A DNA stretch of 64,000 nt. It comes from the human T2T-CHM13v2.0 reference genome, Homo sapiens. The stretch lies in the NCBI RefSeq assembly GCF_009914755.1, contig NC_060947.1. One strand, given 5' to 3'. Under the pieces are notes generated by a model that was not told where the DNA came from, ran no database searches, and saw nothing but the letters and a program-made list of their open reading frames with translations. Both the position numbers and the translations under genes were made by a program. Shown piece by piece: positions 12,478-27,577 of this stretch. Every line of letters starts with the position of its first letter. Position 1 is the stretch's first letter.

Positions 12478-13346
12478 TGATATGGTTAGGCTTTGTGTCC
12501 CCACCCAAATCTCATTTTGAATTATAATCCTGCCAAGACCAGCTCAGCCGTTGAGATCCTAACCCAGCGGTGCTAGAGGAATTAAAGACACACACAGAGA
12601 AATATAGAGTGTGGAGTGGGAATCAGGGGGCTGACAGCCTTCAGAGCTGAGAGCCACGAGCAGTTTCACCCACATATTTATTGACAGCAAGTGAGTGATA
12701 AGCATTGTTTCTATAGATTATAGATTAATTAAAATGGGAAACAAGGGGATGGGCTCTGGCTAGTTATCTGCAGCAGGAACATGTCCTTAAGGCACAGATC
12801 ACTCATGCTATTGTTGGTGGTTCAGGAACAACCTTAGCAGTTTTCCACCCTGGGTGGGCCAGGTGTTCCTTGCCCTCATTCTGGTAAACCAACAACCTTC
12901 AGCGTGAACATCATAGCCATCATGAGCATGTCACAGTGCTGCAGAGATTTTGTTTATGGCCAGTTTTGGGGCCTGTCTATGGCCAGATTTGGGGGCCTGT
13001 TCCCAACATAATCCCCATAATCCCCATGTATCAAGGGAGAGACCAGGCAGAGGTAAATGAATCATGGGGGTGATTTCCCCCATGCTGTTCTCATGATAGT
13101 GAGTGAGTTCTCACAAGATTTGAGCTAATGGTTTTCTAAGTGTTTGGTAGTTTCTCCTGCATTCATTCTCCCTCTGGCCACATTTTGAAGAAAGTGTCTT
13201 GCTTCCCCTTCGCCTTCTGCCATGATTGTTAAGTTCCCTGAGGCTTCCTCAGCCATGTGGAACTGTGAGTCAATTAAACCTCTTTCCTTTATAAATTGCC
13301 CTGTCTCTGGCAGTTCTTTATAGCAGTGCGAGAACAGACTAACACA
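12478..13346 (+). mobile_element. THE1D-like MaLR LTR interrupted by MER9
   Basis: tgatatggttaggctttgtgtccccacccaaatctc...gtcaattaaacctctttcc...gactaacaca. Confidence 0.9.
12531..13008 (-). mobile_element. MER9 solo LTR (HERV-K9/HML-3)
   Basis: Reverse complement begins tgttgggaacaggcccccaaatctggccata. Perfect 6-bp TSD taatcc (12525-12530 / 13009-13014), typical of ERVK. Confidence 0.92.
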
Positions 13347-13655
13347 ATATGTAATTCGTTTCTTTCTATTACTTTTCCTGTCAGTGACGTGTTCTTTCTT
13401 GAGAATAAACAATGAGAGGAAAGTTGACCTCATTTTTAATGAAAAGAAAAATTTTCTGCTCATTTTCTAGATAAAAGAACAAATTGTTATTGAATAAACA
13501 GAGAAAATATGATAAATCCTCCAAAATAGCATTGAAATTCATTTCTACCCACAGAAAGAAAAGCTCAAGAGCAATGCAATTTTATCATGTCATACAATAT
13601 CAGGTGTGCTGCATGTCTACACAGAAAGTAGGACATAGCAATATTTGAAAGTGAA

Positions 13656-13991
<336 letters not shown>

Positions 13992-16384
13992 TAAATTTTT
14001 GTAGAGTATATTAAATATAGTTTTCTGCTCTAGATATATTTATCAAAGCTGTGCCAAGTGTTCCCAGATTGTGCTTATTTCCTTAAAATATTGACTTTCT
14101 ACCATGGCGTAGAAAATATTTATTAAGTCAACAGCTTTATTATACTTGAAGTATTATTGTTTTGTACATCAAAATTATGTTTTTGTCAGTTCTAAGTAGG
14201 ATTAATTTCATAAAGTGATTTAAATACTAAACCTCAGTGGGATTTATATATTATTCAAATAGAACTGACTTTAATTCTCGTGACTCTTTATATCTTTTAA
14301 TATGTGTATTTTATTAGTTAAAAATCCATTACGTCATTAAGGTACAACAAAATAACAGCAGACATAAGATAGCTATTTAAAAAGTATTAAAGCTTTATAA
14401 GCTCATTGTATATTAAAGAAAGACGTATATTAAAAAAAAAAAGCCATCTAGACTTCCCCTTCCAGCTCTAACATATAAAGAGCTTTTATGTGGTCACTCT
14501 TGACCTTAAAAACATACAAAAAAAGACAAACTGTAAGTAAACAACTTCACTTGGACCATCAGATAATTGAAGTCACAGGGAAAACTGCCATCTTGAAATC
14601 TGGAGAGATAGGGTAATACAGAGAATTACCCCTGAGAACAGCTTATTTGGAAAAAGAGTCACAGTATCCAAAATCTTTAGCAACACTTAATTTTCATGAG
14701 CTACTGGAGGATTAGTGTGGAAAAGCTTGAGAGTAAAATAAATCCTGTGATCCAGTATTACGGATGCCCACACACGTTTACAATTTCTACCTCCTGTAAC
14801 CCCTTTAGGCTCTCATGGTGAAGAGCCAAGAAAAATCTGCTTGTGTTTCCAGTAGTTGAGAAAAAAAAAAGTATCCACTTTGAAATATGCCCAGAGTGTT
14901 CTCTATAACAAAGGCATAGTTCACAAGGGAAAAAACTTTATCAAAGACTTATCTAAACTGGTAGAAGGATAATTATCCATATTCAGGCCCCTCTAGCCTT
15001 CCTGTCCCACCACAGCCAAGGGGCACAAGCTCACTTAAAGACAGAGCTACAATCAAATATTAGAATGCTTTCTTTCCCCATTCCTTGCCATCACGGCAGC
15101 AGAGCTCTTGTGAATAAACAGTAAATTACAACTGAAAGAGCCACAAGACACTGACTCTATTTAAGAAGTTGTGTATGGGAAAACCTAAAAACAATAGGAG
15201 AGATAAAGACATGGACAGTAGAGAAAATTGAAGCCTTTGGAATCTACAGTTACAGCAAACATTAGAACACAGCATAACTCCTAGCCAGATTAACATTAAA
15301 CATTACACTAAAAGCATAAATTATTTTTTATTATTTAGTATAACCTATCCAGCTTAAAAAAGTACAAATGACAGTAACAGGCAGGGAAATATACACTCTG
15401 AAGAGACAAAACAAACATTAAAACCAAATTTATATATGACACATACTTTGGAAGTATCAGATATGAAATTTAAAATAATCTTGATTAATATGTTAAAGAG
15501 CTATAATGGAACATGTGGACCACATGAGAGCACAGATGGAAAATATAACCTGAGAGATGGTCTCTAAGAAAGAATTAAAACAAAATATCTAATAAAACAA
15601 GACAAATAATGCCTTTGGCGGGCACATCATTACACTGACACTGCTGATAAAAGAATAAGTGAGGATAAAAATATGTCATTAGACATTCCCCAAACTGAAA
15701 AGCAAAAACAAAAGAAAATAAAAAATTTTAAAAAACACATCTGAAAATTGTGTTACAATTTCAAAATGTGTAACACAGTTATAAATAGAATATAAGAAGA
15801 GAAGATACTTTCCAAAATTAATGTCAGACACTAAACTATATAATTTAGTTAGCTTAGAGGACACCAAAAAAGGATAAATACAAAAAAATCTAGAGCTAGG
15901 CATACAGTCAAACTGCAGAAAATCAAAGGCCAAAAAAAAAAAAAATGCTTCAATGAAGAGAGAGAATAAAACATTTTAGTTATAGAGGTGTAAGCCTAAG
16001 AATTACATTGGGCTACTTACTAGAAACCCAGTAAGCAAGAAGAGAATGAAGGTTGAAATATTTAAAATATTGAAATAAAATAAAACTACCAATATAAAAG
16101 TTTATGTCATGCAAAACATTATATGTTGTGGTAAAAATGGCACTTTACCTCTGTTCACCTCCTCCCAAAAATTCGTAACTCCAGCTAATCATGAGAAAAG
16201 CATCAGTGAAATTACAATAGAGGGTCATCCTACAAAATATCTGATCAACAATTCTCAAGGCTGCCGAAAACAAACAAACATAAAATATGGCAAATTGTTA
16301 CAGCCAAGAGGAGCCTAAGAAAACATGACAACTAAATGTAGTGTGGTGTTCTGGATGGAATCCTGAAAGAGGAAAAGACACTAG

Positions 16385-16701
<317 letters not shown>

Positions 16702-18877
16702 AGAAAGTAAAGAATTCTGTTTCTCATCTGGATGACAATGTTTGAAGCTTTGTGGATCCATTCCATGGTGAAGCAAGAATATCTTATGAAAATGATAACA
16801 TAATATTTTAAAGTCTCTGAAAATTACCCTAAGGTATATAGAAAAGTGATGAAAGATTTGTTCAAAATAATCAACCATAATTCTAAGAACTGTAAATCAT
16901 GTGTCATTTGAGCCATAACCAACTTTCTGTCATGACCTCAGCTCAGTTTGATGTAACCACCCCTCTGAGCAGGTATTGCTAAAAAGATGGGTCAAACTTC
17001 CTACCAAGTGTTGCCATTTCTGACCGAGTGGGGCAAAATGACAGTATTTATTATATTTAACTACAAGTTAAAGAGGTTAAATTCCAATTTATTTTATTTT
17101 ATTTATTTATTTTTTTGGTGACCAAGAGGAAAAGGGCTCACTTCCTCCACCCAACCCATACCCACAGGACAAGCACTGTTTCTCAGGCACATCAGACTGA
17201 TATTTGGACCCACAGTGCTCTAGACCCAAGTGTCTGGTTTGGGAAAGCTACCATGCTGTGAGAGGCAACCTAAAAGGACAAGGGACTACTCTCTTGCATA
17301 ATTTCCAGAGAGTTTTCCCAGGACGAGAAGCAGTTGAATAACAAAAGAGAGGTTCAGACCTCTCCACAAAGTAACTGAATTTATATAAAACAGTGTGGAG
17401 AAGTTCAAATATAAGTATTCCCCAAAATAATAACTCCTCTTAATTATGCAACACAAGCTTAACCATAGCCAATACGTTCACCCGGGAGAAACAAAGTGAA
17501 CTAGTTCATCAGATAGAAAGAGATAGCTAAGAAGAGCCCTTGTTGGAAAGAATGTGTCAAAGTTTGGCCTCAAACACTACCCCTGTCCAAATTTAAGTAC
17601 AGCAGACTATGGAGCAATTTGTGCCATGACATTGTGAAAAATAATAGAGCAATAAGCCAGTAAATAGTAGAAACTAAAGGACAGAATATGAATATCAAAT
17701 GTAGCAGATGCTTAACAGAGAGATTGAGACAGTAAAAAAGGGCCCTAAAAAAACACTGTCATTCTCAAATGACTGCACATCCATTTCCAAGTCTATATTC
17801 TCTGGGGAGTCACACCATAATTTTCACACGGTGAAGGAAATACACTTCACTAAAATAGCCTGTACAAGTCACAAAACAAACAGGCACCAGAGAGTGGGGA
17901 GAAAAATCAGTATCTAAAGTTGTTATAATGTATTCTGTAAAATTTTCAGTTTTCTACCAAAAATTAAGGGTCACATGAAAAAACATAAATATGTGACCAA
18001 TATATACACAAAAATGCAGGCAAGAAAAACTGCCTGTGATAATGACCAGTGAGAAGTCATGTCTAACAAAGAACAAATTCAATGTAGCCATTATAATATG
18101 TCTAAAGAACTAAAGGAGATAATATTAAAGATGTATAGAGAAATATAAGGCTTTCAAAAGATAGGAAATATGTTTTTAAATGAACCTTCAGGAGTTAAAA
18201 ATAACCAAAATGAAAAAAATGTATTGCAGGAGTTTAACAACAGATTTGAAATTGCAGAAACAAAATCAGATTACTTGAAGACAGATTAATATGGACTATG
18301 CAATCTGAAAAACAGAGAGTAAATAGAATACAGACAAATGAATAGAACCCCAGAGAATTGCAAGATACCTTTTAGCACACTAACATACACATACTAGAAA
18401 TGTCAAAAGGAGAAGAGAAACAGAAAGATTAAAAAATATTCAACAGTGTATGGCTGAAAACTTTTAACATTTGCTGAAAAACATTAATCTACATATCCAA
18501 GAAGCTCAACAAAGTCCAAGTGGTATAAATGGAAAGAGATTCACACCAAGACACATTGAAATAAAAATAATGAAAAGCCACAGACAGAAAGTTATGAATG
18601 CTGCAAGAAAAAAAATTTAAAAATGACTCCCCATATCTTAGAGAAACCCAATTAAGTTAGCAGCTTTCTTTCCCTCGGGGAATGGTGATGAGTTATCAGT
18701 GGAATGACATTTTTACAGTACTAGGAAAGAAAATGCTGAGCAAGAATCTTGCATCCAGTAAAATTATCTTTGAAAATGAAAGAGGAATAAAAATACTCAC
18801 AGACAAAATCTGAGAGGATTCATTGCTAGTACATTTACTTTATAAGAAATACTAAATGAAGTTCTTTAGGGTGAAAG

Positions 18878-19490
18878 TGAAACAATGGAAGGTCACTGGT
18901 CTTGTTGTCTAAGTTGTAATCTGAGCTCGTGGTCTCACAACCAGAAAATTAAGAACGTGGACCCAAAGGGTGAGGTTGGAGCAAAAGTTTAACGAGCGAA
19001 AGAAGAAAGCTCTCTGCAGCAGAGAGGGGTCCCAGACAGGTTGCTGTTTTACAGTTGAATCCAAAAGCTTTTATAAGAACCCCCTATCAGCTCTGTAGCC
19101 ATTTGAGTAACTTCTCCTATCTATCAAATCTTCTTCACAACTCCCCCTTATCTATGTAGTTTTCGGTATGTCTCTAGACAAGCACAATGCACTACTTCTC
19201 TTGTTCGTGTAATTGTGGATTTGTTTTAGGTAAGCCCCCCTTCTCCCTGTGCAAGTTCCTACAAAGCACACCACGTATATGCATGAAAAGGGAAGCAAAT
19301 ATATATTTTTTTCTGGGAGCTCGCTAATCACACAAAGAACATAAGGGTTCTGTGCTGCTTATCTGTGCAGGTGCAGCCTGAGTTTTCCCCAAGCTGCTCT
19401 ATTTTTGCCTCTAGCTTCGATTTTTCAGGCAGCCTGCTTCTCTGAGACCAGCCTTAACTGTTCACCTAACTGACCTTTTCTTCTCCCTCA
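18878..19490 (-). mobile_element. Solo ERV1 LTR (MER61/LTR9-like group) inserted in L1 ORF1
   Basis: TG...CA termini; 4-bp TSD aaag at 18874-18877 / 19491-19494; minus-strand TATA box near 19069-19076. Confidence 0.85.
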
Positions 19491-20901
19491 AAAGAAAATA
19501 AGCATGGACATAAAAAATTATCAGCATTGTTAAAGGTAATTTTGTAATTACAAAAGACAATATATACATAGATTGTTTACTTCTATTCACTGGTTTAATT
19601 AGCAATTGCATAAAACAATATGTATATAATTATATATTTCGGCCTGTTAAATATAGAAATAGAATGTATTTGACAATGAGACCAGTAACCAATAGCATAC
19701 AGATGGCAGGAGGAAGCAAAATTGTATTGGATTAAGAAAGTTAAACTACGTGCTACTTGAAACCTTATGCACAAATGAAATAAAAATTAATAATAAACAA
19801 AAAATTAATATTACAATGTCTGTAATTATACAATTACTTTGTTTTCTCAGCTTCTTTAATAAATATAAAATTATGTAAATAATGATTATAATAATGAATT
19901 TTTGTGTTTGTAAGTTATATGGATATAATGTGTGTAACAATAATAGCAAATAAAAGGGAATTAGATAGAGCTATATTATAGTAATATTTCTATATATCCA
20001 TGGAATTAAGTTAGTTTAAATCTGAGGCAGGTTATGATAAATTAAGATGCATATAGTACACCCTAGAGCAACCATAAAGATAATGAAATAGAATTTAAAA
20101 AATTAAAAAAATTAAAGTAATTAACATGTTACATTAAAAAATATTTACTTTATACAAAATAAATAAATATGAAATACAGAAACAAAAAAAGACATGAAAC
20201 ATATACAATACAAAAAGTAGAATGAAAGATGTAAATTTGACTATAACAATAAGAAGAGTAAATGTGAATGGAGGAAACAATCCTGTCAAGTTGCATGGAT
20301 TGTCAGACTAAATCTAAAAACAAGATACAACTATATACAATCTACAGGAGAAACATTTTAGATTCAGACATACAAACAGGTGAAAGTAAAAGAGAAACGA
20401 ATGGTATATTATGCAAAGAGTAACCTTAAGAAAGTTGGAGTGAATATTACAATGTCAGATAAAAAAGTAAAACAGAAAGTGTGACATGTTATAATGATAA
20501 AAGGGTCAGTCCATTTGGAAGTTATAACAATAATCAACATTTAAGCACCCGACAACAGAATCCCAAAATACATGAAACAAAAGCTGATAGAATTGGGGGG
20601 AAATCAAGGCAATTTAATTATAATAGTTGGAGAATTTACTATCACCACTCTCAGTCATGGGAAGAAAAACTAGTCAGAAGATTAAAAATGAAATAGAAGT
20701 CTTGAATCATATACACAAACTAGACCTAACAGATTTCTGCAAAGAATTGTTTATAGACTCCAACAACAGCAGAATACAAATTCCTGGGGCATCAGAATAT
20801 ACATTTTTCCTAAGTGCAAATGGAGCATTCACTATAATAGAACACGTATCATCAAAACTTAAAAATATGGAAGAATTAAAACCATAAAAAGTATCATCTC
20901 T

Positions 20902-21198
20902 GGCTGGGTATGGTGGCTCACACCTGTAATCCCAGCACTTTGGGAGGCTGAGGCAGGTGGATCATGAGTTCAGGGGTTTGAGATCAGCCTGGCCAACATG
21001 GTGAAACCCTGTCTCTACTAAAAATACAAACATTTGCCAGATGTGGTGGCACGCACCGGTAGTCCCAGCTACTCAGGAGGCTGAGTCAGGAGAATCGCTT
21101 GAACCCAGGAGGCAGAGGTTGCAGTGAGCCTAGACTGTGCTATTGCACTCCAGCCTGGGTGACAGAGCAAGACTCCATCTCAGAAAAAAAAAAAAAAA
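20902..21198 (+). mobile_element. AluSg-like
   Basis: Full dimer (ggatcatgagttcagg...cagcctggccaacatgg); residual TSD atctct. Confidence 0.92.
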
Positions 21199-21332
21199 AT
21201 CTCTGGTCACAATGAAAAGAAGTTGCACATAAATAAGAGAAAAGAAATGGAAAATTATAATTAAGTAAAAGTATAAAACACATTACTAAATAATCAATGG
21301 CTCAAAAAAGAAATTATAAGGGAAATAAAAAA

Positions 21333-21580
21333 TCTAGGATTTGATAGCACAACAAGATGACTACAGTCAAAAATAATTTATTGTACTTTTAAAATAACTA
21401 AAATAGTATAATTGGATTGTTTGTAACTCAAAGAAAGAAAAAATGCTTCAGGTGATGGATACCTCATTTACTTTGATGTGATTATTACACATTATATGTC
21501 TGTTTCAAAATATCTCATGTACCTCATAAATATATATATCCACTATGTACCCAAAGGATTAAAAATTTAAAAAAGTTAAA
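21333..21580 (+). mobile_element. 5'-truncated L1MA2/3 3' end inserted in an older L1 ORF2
   Basis: tttgatagcacaacaagatgactacagtc...tatctcatgtacctcataaatatata...actatgtaccca followed by an A-rich tail. Confidence 0.85.
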
Positions 21581-21947
21581 AAATACTTTGAGATAAATAA
21601 AAATAAAATACATACAAAAATGTATGGATGCAGCTACAGCAGTACATAGAGGAAAATTTATAACTGCAAAATACCTGTCTAAAAAGGAATAAAATTTTCA
21701 AATAAATGATTTAGCCATTCACTCTAAAACACTAGAAAAATAAGAGAAAAGTAAAACCAAAGTAAGCAAAAGAAAGGAAACAATAAGGAATAAAGTACAA
21801 ATGAGTAAAATAGAAAATAAAAAAATAGGGAAATATTAATAAAACAAAAAGTTTATTCTTCTAAATGATCACTTGAACCAAAAAAATCTTCAGGTCAATT
21901 GACCAAGAACAAAAGAGAGTAGACTCAATTTACTAAAATAAGAAATG

Positions 21948-22095
21948 GGCCACAGGTGGTGGCTTATGCCTATAATCCCAGAAATTTGGTAGGCCAAGGT
22001 GGGAAGATTGCTTGAGGCCAGGAGTTTGTGGCCAGCCTGGGCAAGAGAGTGAGACCCCTTCTTCACAATAAATAAATAAATGAATAAATAAGTAT
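21948..22095 (+). mobile_element. FLAM_C-like Alu monomer with (TAAA)n tail
   Basis: Single left arm, gattgcttgaggccaggagttt...cctgggcaagagagtgagacccc. Confidence 0.85.
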
Positions 22096-22490
22096 TTAAA
22101 AATAAAATAGGAAATATGAAGTATTAATATTACTACTAGCCTTATATAAATAAAAGGAATTATAGAGTTACTATGAATAACTGTATGACAACAAACCAAA
22201 TAATTTGATCAAATGAACACAATTTTAGAAAGATCCAAACTAGTAAACTCAAGACCTAAACAGAATATCAGAATATTCCAATCCATAGTACAAAGTTTGA
22301 ATTAGTAACAAAAAAAACCTTATATATAAAAAAGTCCAGCCACACTTGTATTCGCTATTGAATTATACCAAAGATTTAAAGAAGTAATATTAATTCTTCA
22401 CAATGTCTTTCAAACAAATAGAATAGTAGAGACTCTTTGCAACTGTTTTTATGAGGCCATTATTAACCTATTACCAAACCAGACAAAGAC

Positions 22491-22598
22491 ATCATAAATA
22501 AATAAAACTACATACTCATATTGCTTATAAAACCAGATGTAGGTATCATAAATAAATAAAACTACATACTCATATTGCTTATAAAACCAGATGTAGAT
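22491..22598 (+). repeat. 54-bp tandem duplication (2 copies)
   Basis: 22491-22544 and 22545-22598 are 53/54 identical. Confidence 0.95.
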
Positions 22599-23069
22599 AT
22601 CCTCAACAAAATACTGGCAAATTGAGTTCATCAACATTTATAAAAGATGATACACCATTATCAAGTAGGATTTATCCCAGGAATAGATGGTTGACTTAAT
22701 ATCTCACAATTAATTTACACAATGTACCATATTAATACAATAAAAGAAAGCAAACACAAAATCACCTCAATAAAAACAGAAAAATCATTTAACAATATTT
22801 AACATCCGTTTGTAATAAAACCCCCAATAGCTAGGAAGAGAAAGAAACTTCCTGAACCCGATAAAAGATATATGAAAGGTTCACAGCTAGAATTATACTT
22901 AATGGTGAAAAACTAAATGATTTCCCCATAAGATCAAGAAAAGGTAAGAATAACAATATATTCTTTCATCACTTCTATTCATTATTGTACTGGAGGCTTA
23001 ATCCATGACAATTGGGCAAGAAAATAAAATTTAAAATATCCAGTTTGAAGGAATGAGCTAGGAGAGTAA

Positions 23070-25140
23070 AAATAATGCAGCAGGAATTGCATCATGGGAA
23101 TTTGTGCCATTTCCTCATGCAACTTGTTGGTGCCTTCAGGAAATTCATGAGCCCAATGTCCTATATGGTATTTCCATTTAAGGGAGTGCTGCTGTGCATG
23201 CCCAAATGTATGGCTTTGTGGATCAGACACTCAGGTAATAATGGGCAGCTTAGATCTCAGGATAATTTGGGGGCTCATATTTGAGCTTTAATCTGTACTT
23301 AAGCCTTGCAGCAAGCTGAAATCTTGTTCTTAAAAAGGGAAGAGTTATTGGCAGAGAAGGGCAAGACTTTGCTTCAAAATCCTAAAGGACTTCACTGTAA
23401 TTCACCTATAGGGATCTGCCAAAGCCTCCAAACAGCATCTTTCTCTGCCTCTGATAATTAAAGCATAATTGAATATTTCAGATGGATCGTATGGCCTAAG
23501 TGACAAAACAGCTTGCACATCAACTGTTGCAGAGCTTTCTCTTGTTCTGGTCCCACTCAAAACTAGCAGCTTTTGAGTAGTACACCCAAATTAGAAATAT
23601 GTTTTCTCTAAAATCAAAAGAGTCCCATTAGACATTATTACTCATTTTGGGTTTTAGGAGCGATTGAAGAAAACAATGTATTCTCCACCTTAGAAGGGAT
23701 ATCTCAACATGGCTCACACCATTGAACTCCTAAAAGTTTCTCCGACCTGAGATGTCATTGGATTTTTGTTGGATGTATTTTCCACTATCTACCACTCAAA
23801 CGTTTAATGACAACTTTAGAGTGGCTACTAGGTCTTGTTTACTAGGTCCAATCAGCATGATGTCATCAATGTAATGGATCATTGTGATAGCTTATGAAAA
23901 GGTGATGTAAATCAAGGTCTGTTTTGACTAAATGATAGGGGTGCAGAGTTTCTATGCTCCTGAGGCAGAATAATAAAGGTTGCTTCACCAACTCAAACTG
24001 CTTTTGTAAGTCTTTTTTAATAGATATTGAGAAAAACTCATTTACCATATCAATATTCACATACCAGCTAGAAGAAATATGTTCATTTTCTCAAGCAATT
24101 AAACCACATCTGGAACAGTAAAGAGTTGAGTCACTATCTGGTTATGTTTATTATAATCTGCTTTCATTCTTCATGATCCATTTACTTTCTATCCAGGACA
24201 AATAGGAGAGTTGAATGAAGATATCATAAGAATCACCATGCCTGAATCTTTTAAGTCCTTGATGATGGGATTAATCTCTGCATTTACTTCAGGAATGCAG
24301 TACTGCTTCATGTTCACTATTGTCCTACATACAGACAGTTTTAATGACTTCTATTTGACATTTTCTTCCATAGTAGCCCTTACTCCACAGGTCAGAAAAT
24401 CAATGTGGGCATTCTGTTAGGTACTAAGGATGTCTATTCCTATTGTTCATTTTGAGAAATAAACCATAGAATGGGTTTGGGCACCCACTATACCCACTGT
24501 GAGATGGACCTGGGCTAAAACCTCATTACTCACCTGACTCCACAAGCCCTTACTCTGACTGGTGGAGCACAGTGACAATTTGCATCTTGTGGAATTAGTG
24601 TGACTGTAGAGCCAGTGTCCAGTAGTCACCAAAAAGTCTGTTTACTTATTTTTTCCAATACACAATCACCCTAGTAAGAGGGTTATTTGGTTGGTCAGCT
24701 GAAACATAGACCAATAAGTTGGTAAATTACTAGAGCCCTTTCTAAGCCCTTGGGCTACAACATTGAGTATAGAATCTCTATTATGGGCTAATATTAATAA
24801 ATTCAACCTGAACCAATTTTATATTCCTGCTGCAATTTTATAAATTTAATTGAATTTATAATTTATAAATTTATATTAATATGTAAAATTATATATAATT
24901 TAAAATTAATATAATTTAACCATTTATATAATACATAGATGTATCACTTAGTTTATAATTTAAAAATTATAATTTTGCAGATTTAATTTACAATATTATA
25001 TTTCTACACCTTTAATATCTATTTCTATACAATTTCTTGAAATTTCTGTGTATTCATTGAAAAAAATCTTGCAGTTGTTTTGAAGTGTAGTGCTTCTCCT
25101 AGTGCTCCACACTTTGGACCTCACTCTTTAGGACCTGTTA
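23070..25140 (-). pseudogene. ERVL internal relic: gag remnant, protease, reverse transcriptase and tether (disrupted)
   Basis: Minus-strand translation gives protease LLDTGS (DTG 24611-24619), RT HYIDDIMLIGP (YIDD 23862-23873) and HAQQHSLKWKYHIGHWAHEFPEGTNKLHEEMAQIP, which resembles HERV-L pol. Confidence 0.9.
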
Positions 25141-25189
25141 GAACTTGAACATACTTCTAATTCCAGAAGAGACAAATAAAGGTGCTGTG

Positions 25190-25538
25190 TGTAGGTTTTG
25201 AATAAGTAAATATATATTTATTTATTTACTTGAAGTAATTATCCCACATGATTGTGGTGGCTCACAAGGGTAAAATCCACAGGGCAGGCCAACAGGTTGG
25301 AAACTCTTGGATTTTTTAGTCTTGAGGTACAACTTATTCTTCAGAGAAATCTCAGTTTTGCTTATAAGGTATTTCCACTGATTGGCTATCTACCCACATT
25401 ATAGAGAAGAATATCCTTTACTTAAATTCAGGTGGTTGTGGATGATAACCATGTCTATAAAATTCATTCATAGCAATCCCCGGATTAGCATTTGATTGAA
25501 AAGCCTAGTTAAGTTGATATGTAAGACAAACCGTAAAA
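25190..25538 (-). mobile_element. MLT2D-like LTR (5' LTR of the 23-25 kb ERVL)
   Basis: gggcaggccaacaggttggaaactc...gcctagttaagttgatatgtaagacaaaccgt; position and strand fit a 5' LTR. Confidence 0.75.
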
Positions 25539-27577
25539 GCATACAAAAACTTTTACTCAAATGTTCAATGAAGCATTAATAATAGCCAAAAATTATAAAC
25601 AACTTATTATCCACTAATGAATTAAGGTGTAAATAAAATGTGGTATATTCATACAATGGAAAATTATTCAAGCATAAAAATGAATGGACTGCTGATACAT
25701 ATTACAATAAGGATAAACCTTGACAACACTATACTAATTGAAAGAAAACAGTTGCAAAGGATCACCTATTGTATGGTAATATTTATATGTAATGTTCATA
25801 ATAGCCAAACCTATGGAGACAGAAAGTAGATTAGTGATTGCTTAGGACTGGGGAGGATGGGAGAATTAATGAGTGTGGCTAAGAGGTAAGGGGTCTTTTT
25901 TGTGGGTAATAAAATGTTCATATTTTACAATTGTGGTGTTGTATACACAACACACTAAAAGCTATTGAATTTGACACTTTCAATAGGTAACTTTTATGGT
26001 AAATAAACATATCTCAATAAAGTTGTTAATAATGAAAGAACAGTGTGACACAGCTAACAAATATAAACTATTAAATTTAGTTAATAATAATGTATCAAAA
26101 TTGGTTCATCTCTTGTAGAATATTCACAATACTAAAGGTGTTAATAATGGAAAGGACTCTGTAAAGTTAAGCAAGAATTCTTTGTACCATCTCAAATTTT
26201 CTGCAAATCTAAAGCTGTTCTAAAAATAAGGTAGATTAAAATAAATGCAACATTCAAATATAAATATAACTATGGATGACATGAGATACTGACAGACTAA
26301 TTCATTGATTTTTTTTAAGATTGGAAAATAGTCTTATGGTTTAACTTTCACTTAAGAATTTCCCATGATAATTTAAAAAAAAAGCTTTTGGTTTTACCTA
26401 AGTTTCATTTAATGTCTGTCTCTTTTTTGTTGTTGGAATAGGTAGGGATATGTAAGTAAGAATTGACAGGGTAGAGAGCCAACAAGTAGGACTTTTCATT
26501 TATTTAAGGTTAAGAATCTCTGCAGATTTCTCAAGGTTGGAATCAGGTAATACTGGAGTCCTCCTAAAGTGAGCAAGTTAGATGAACAATAGGACAGGGA
26601 AGGTTTTAATCATGTTGAGCATCTGGGAGTCAGCAACAATGGAATAGCAGCTAGGAGGGCAAATCTAGCTCTCAGAGTCATTCCCATCAAGGGGCATCAA
26701 AATGTAAATAAATAAATAGCATAGATATGCCCTAATATACAGTAGTGGTTCAACCATATGGAAGATAATTTCAACATGGAGGTTTTAAATGGATCCCAAA
26801 GCAATGCAAATTCCAAGGCATATGATCAAGAAATTGAAAATTTTTTGAAAGAAAGAGCAAAGAAAGAAGATTTGGTTTCCAAGCTTATTCATAGGAAAAA
26901 AATCTAGGCATGAATTTTCTGCTTAAGTTTCAAGAGTGTTATAGAATTTATGTATACCAAGATTGAATTCCAACATAGTAAAGATAGTATCTGAAGAACA
27001 GCCCTAGAAGTTAGTCAAAGCCAAAATTTAATATCCAGTAAAGAAACAGAAGTTTGTGAAAAGTGAATACTAGCAATTGCTAAGATAACTCATTCATTTT
27101 TAGAACTTCGCCTTTAACTTCTTTGTAATCAATTCCCAAATCTAATTATACTTTAAACCACTCACTTGATGTTATATCTAACTGCTTATTGGGCATTTTT
27201 CTTTGACTGTTAAATGCTTTATCTATGTCTCTTGAGATAATTATATGGCTTCCCTTATTTAGTTCCTTATTGGTGAAATAAACTGAGTGCTTTTCAAATA
27301 TTAAACCTTCACTAATATTATATTACTTCATGCATAGTACAAACAATTTATAAGTGTACTTCAATTTTTCCCCTCCTGACCCTACAATATATTGCTCCTA
27401 TGTCTTCTTGCTTGTATTTTCTTTCTTGACCACAAATCTGTTGCTATCCCTATCTTTGTCCCTTTGTATGTAATGTGTTATTTTTTTGTTGTTGTTATGG
27501 CTGCCTTTAATCTTTTTAATTTATCGCTCTATTTTAGCAATTTGATTATGATGTAGCCTTCTGGCATTCATGAATCA

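Larger units (their letters stand above)
16717..26030 (+). mobile_element. Near full-length L1MB7/8-like element with several nested insertions and a deletion in ORF2
   Basis: ORF1-like 17950-18870; endonuclease- and RT-region DNA 20200-23050 (gtaggatttatcccaggaat); 3'UTR 25540-26030 ending tatctcaataaagttgtt. Confidence 0.8.

Noticed and set aside
26240-27190. Apparently unique stretch examined for exons or a processed pseudogene
   Set aside because: No ORF of 60 aa or more, no poly(A)/TSD pair and no recognisable homology.
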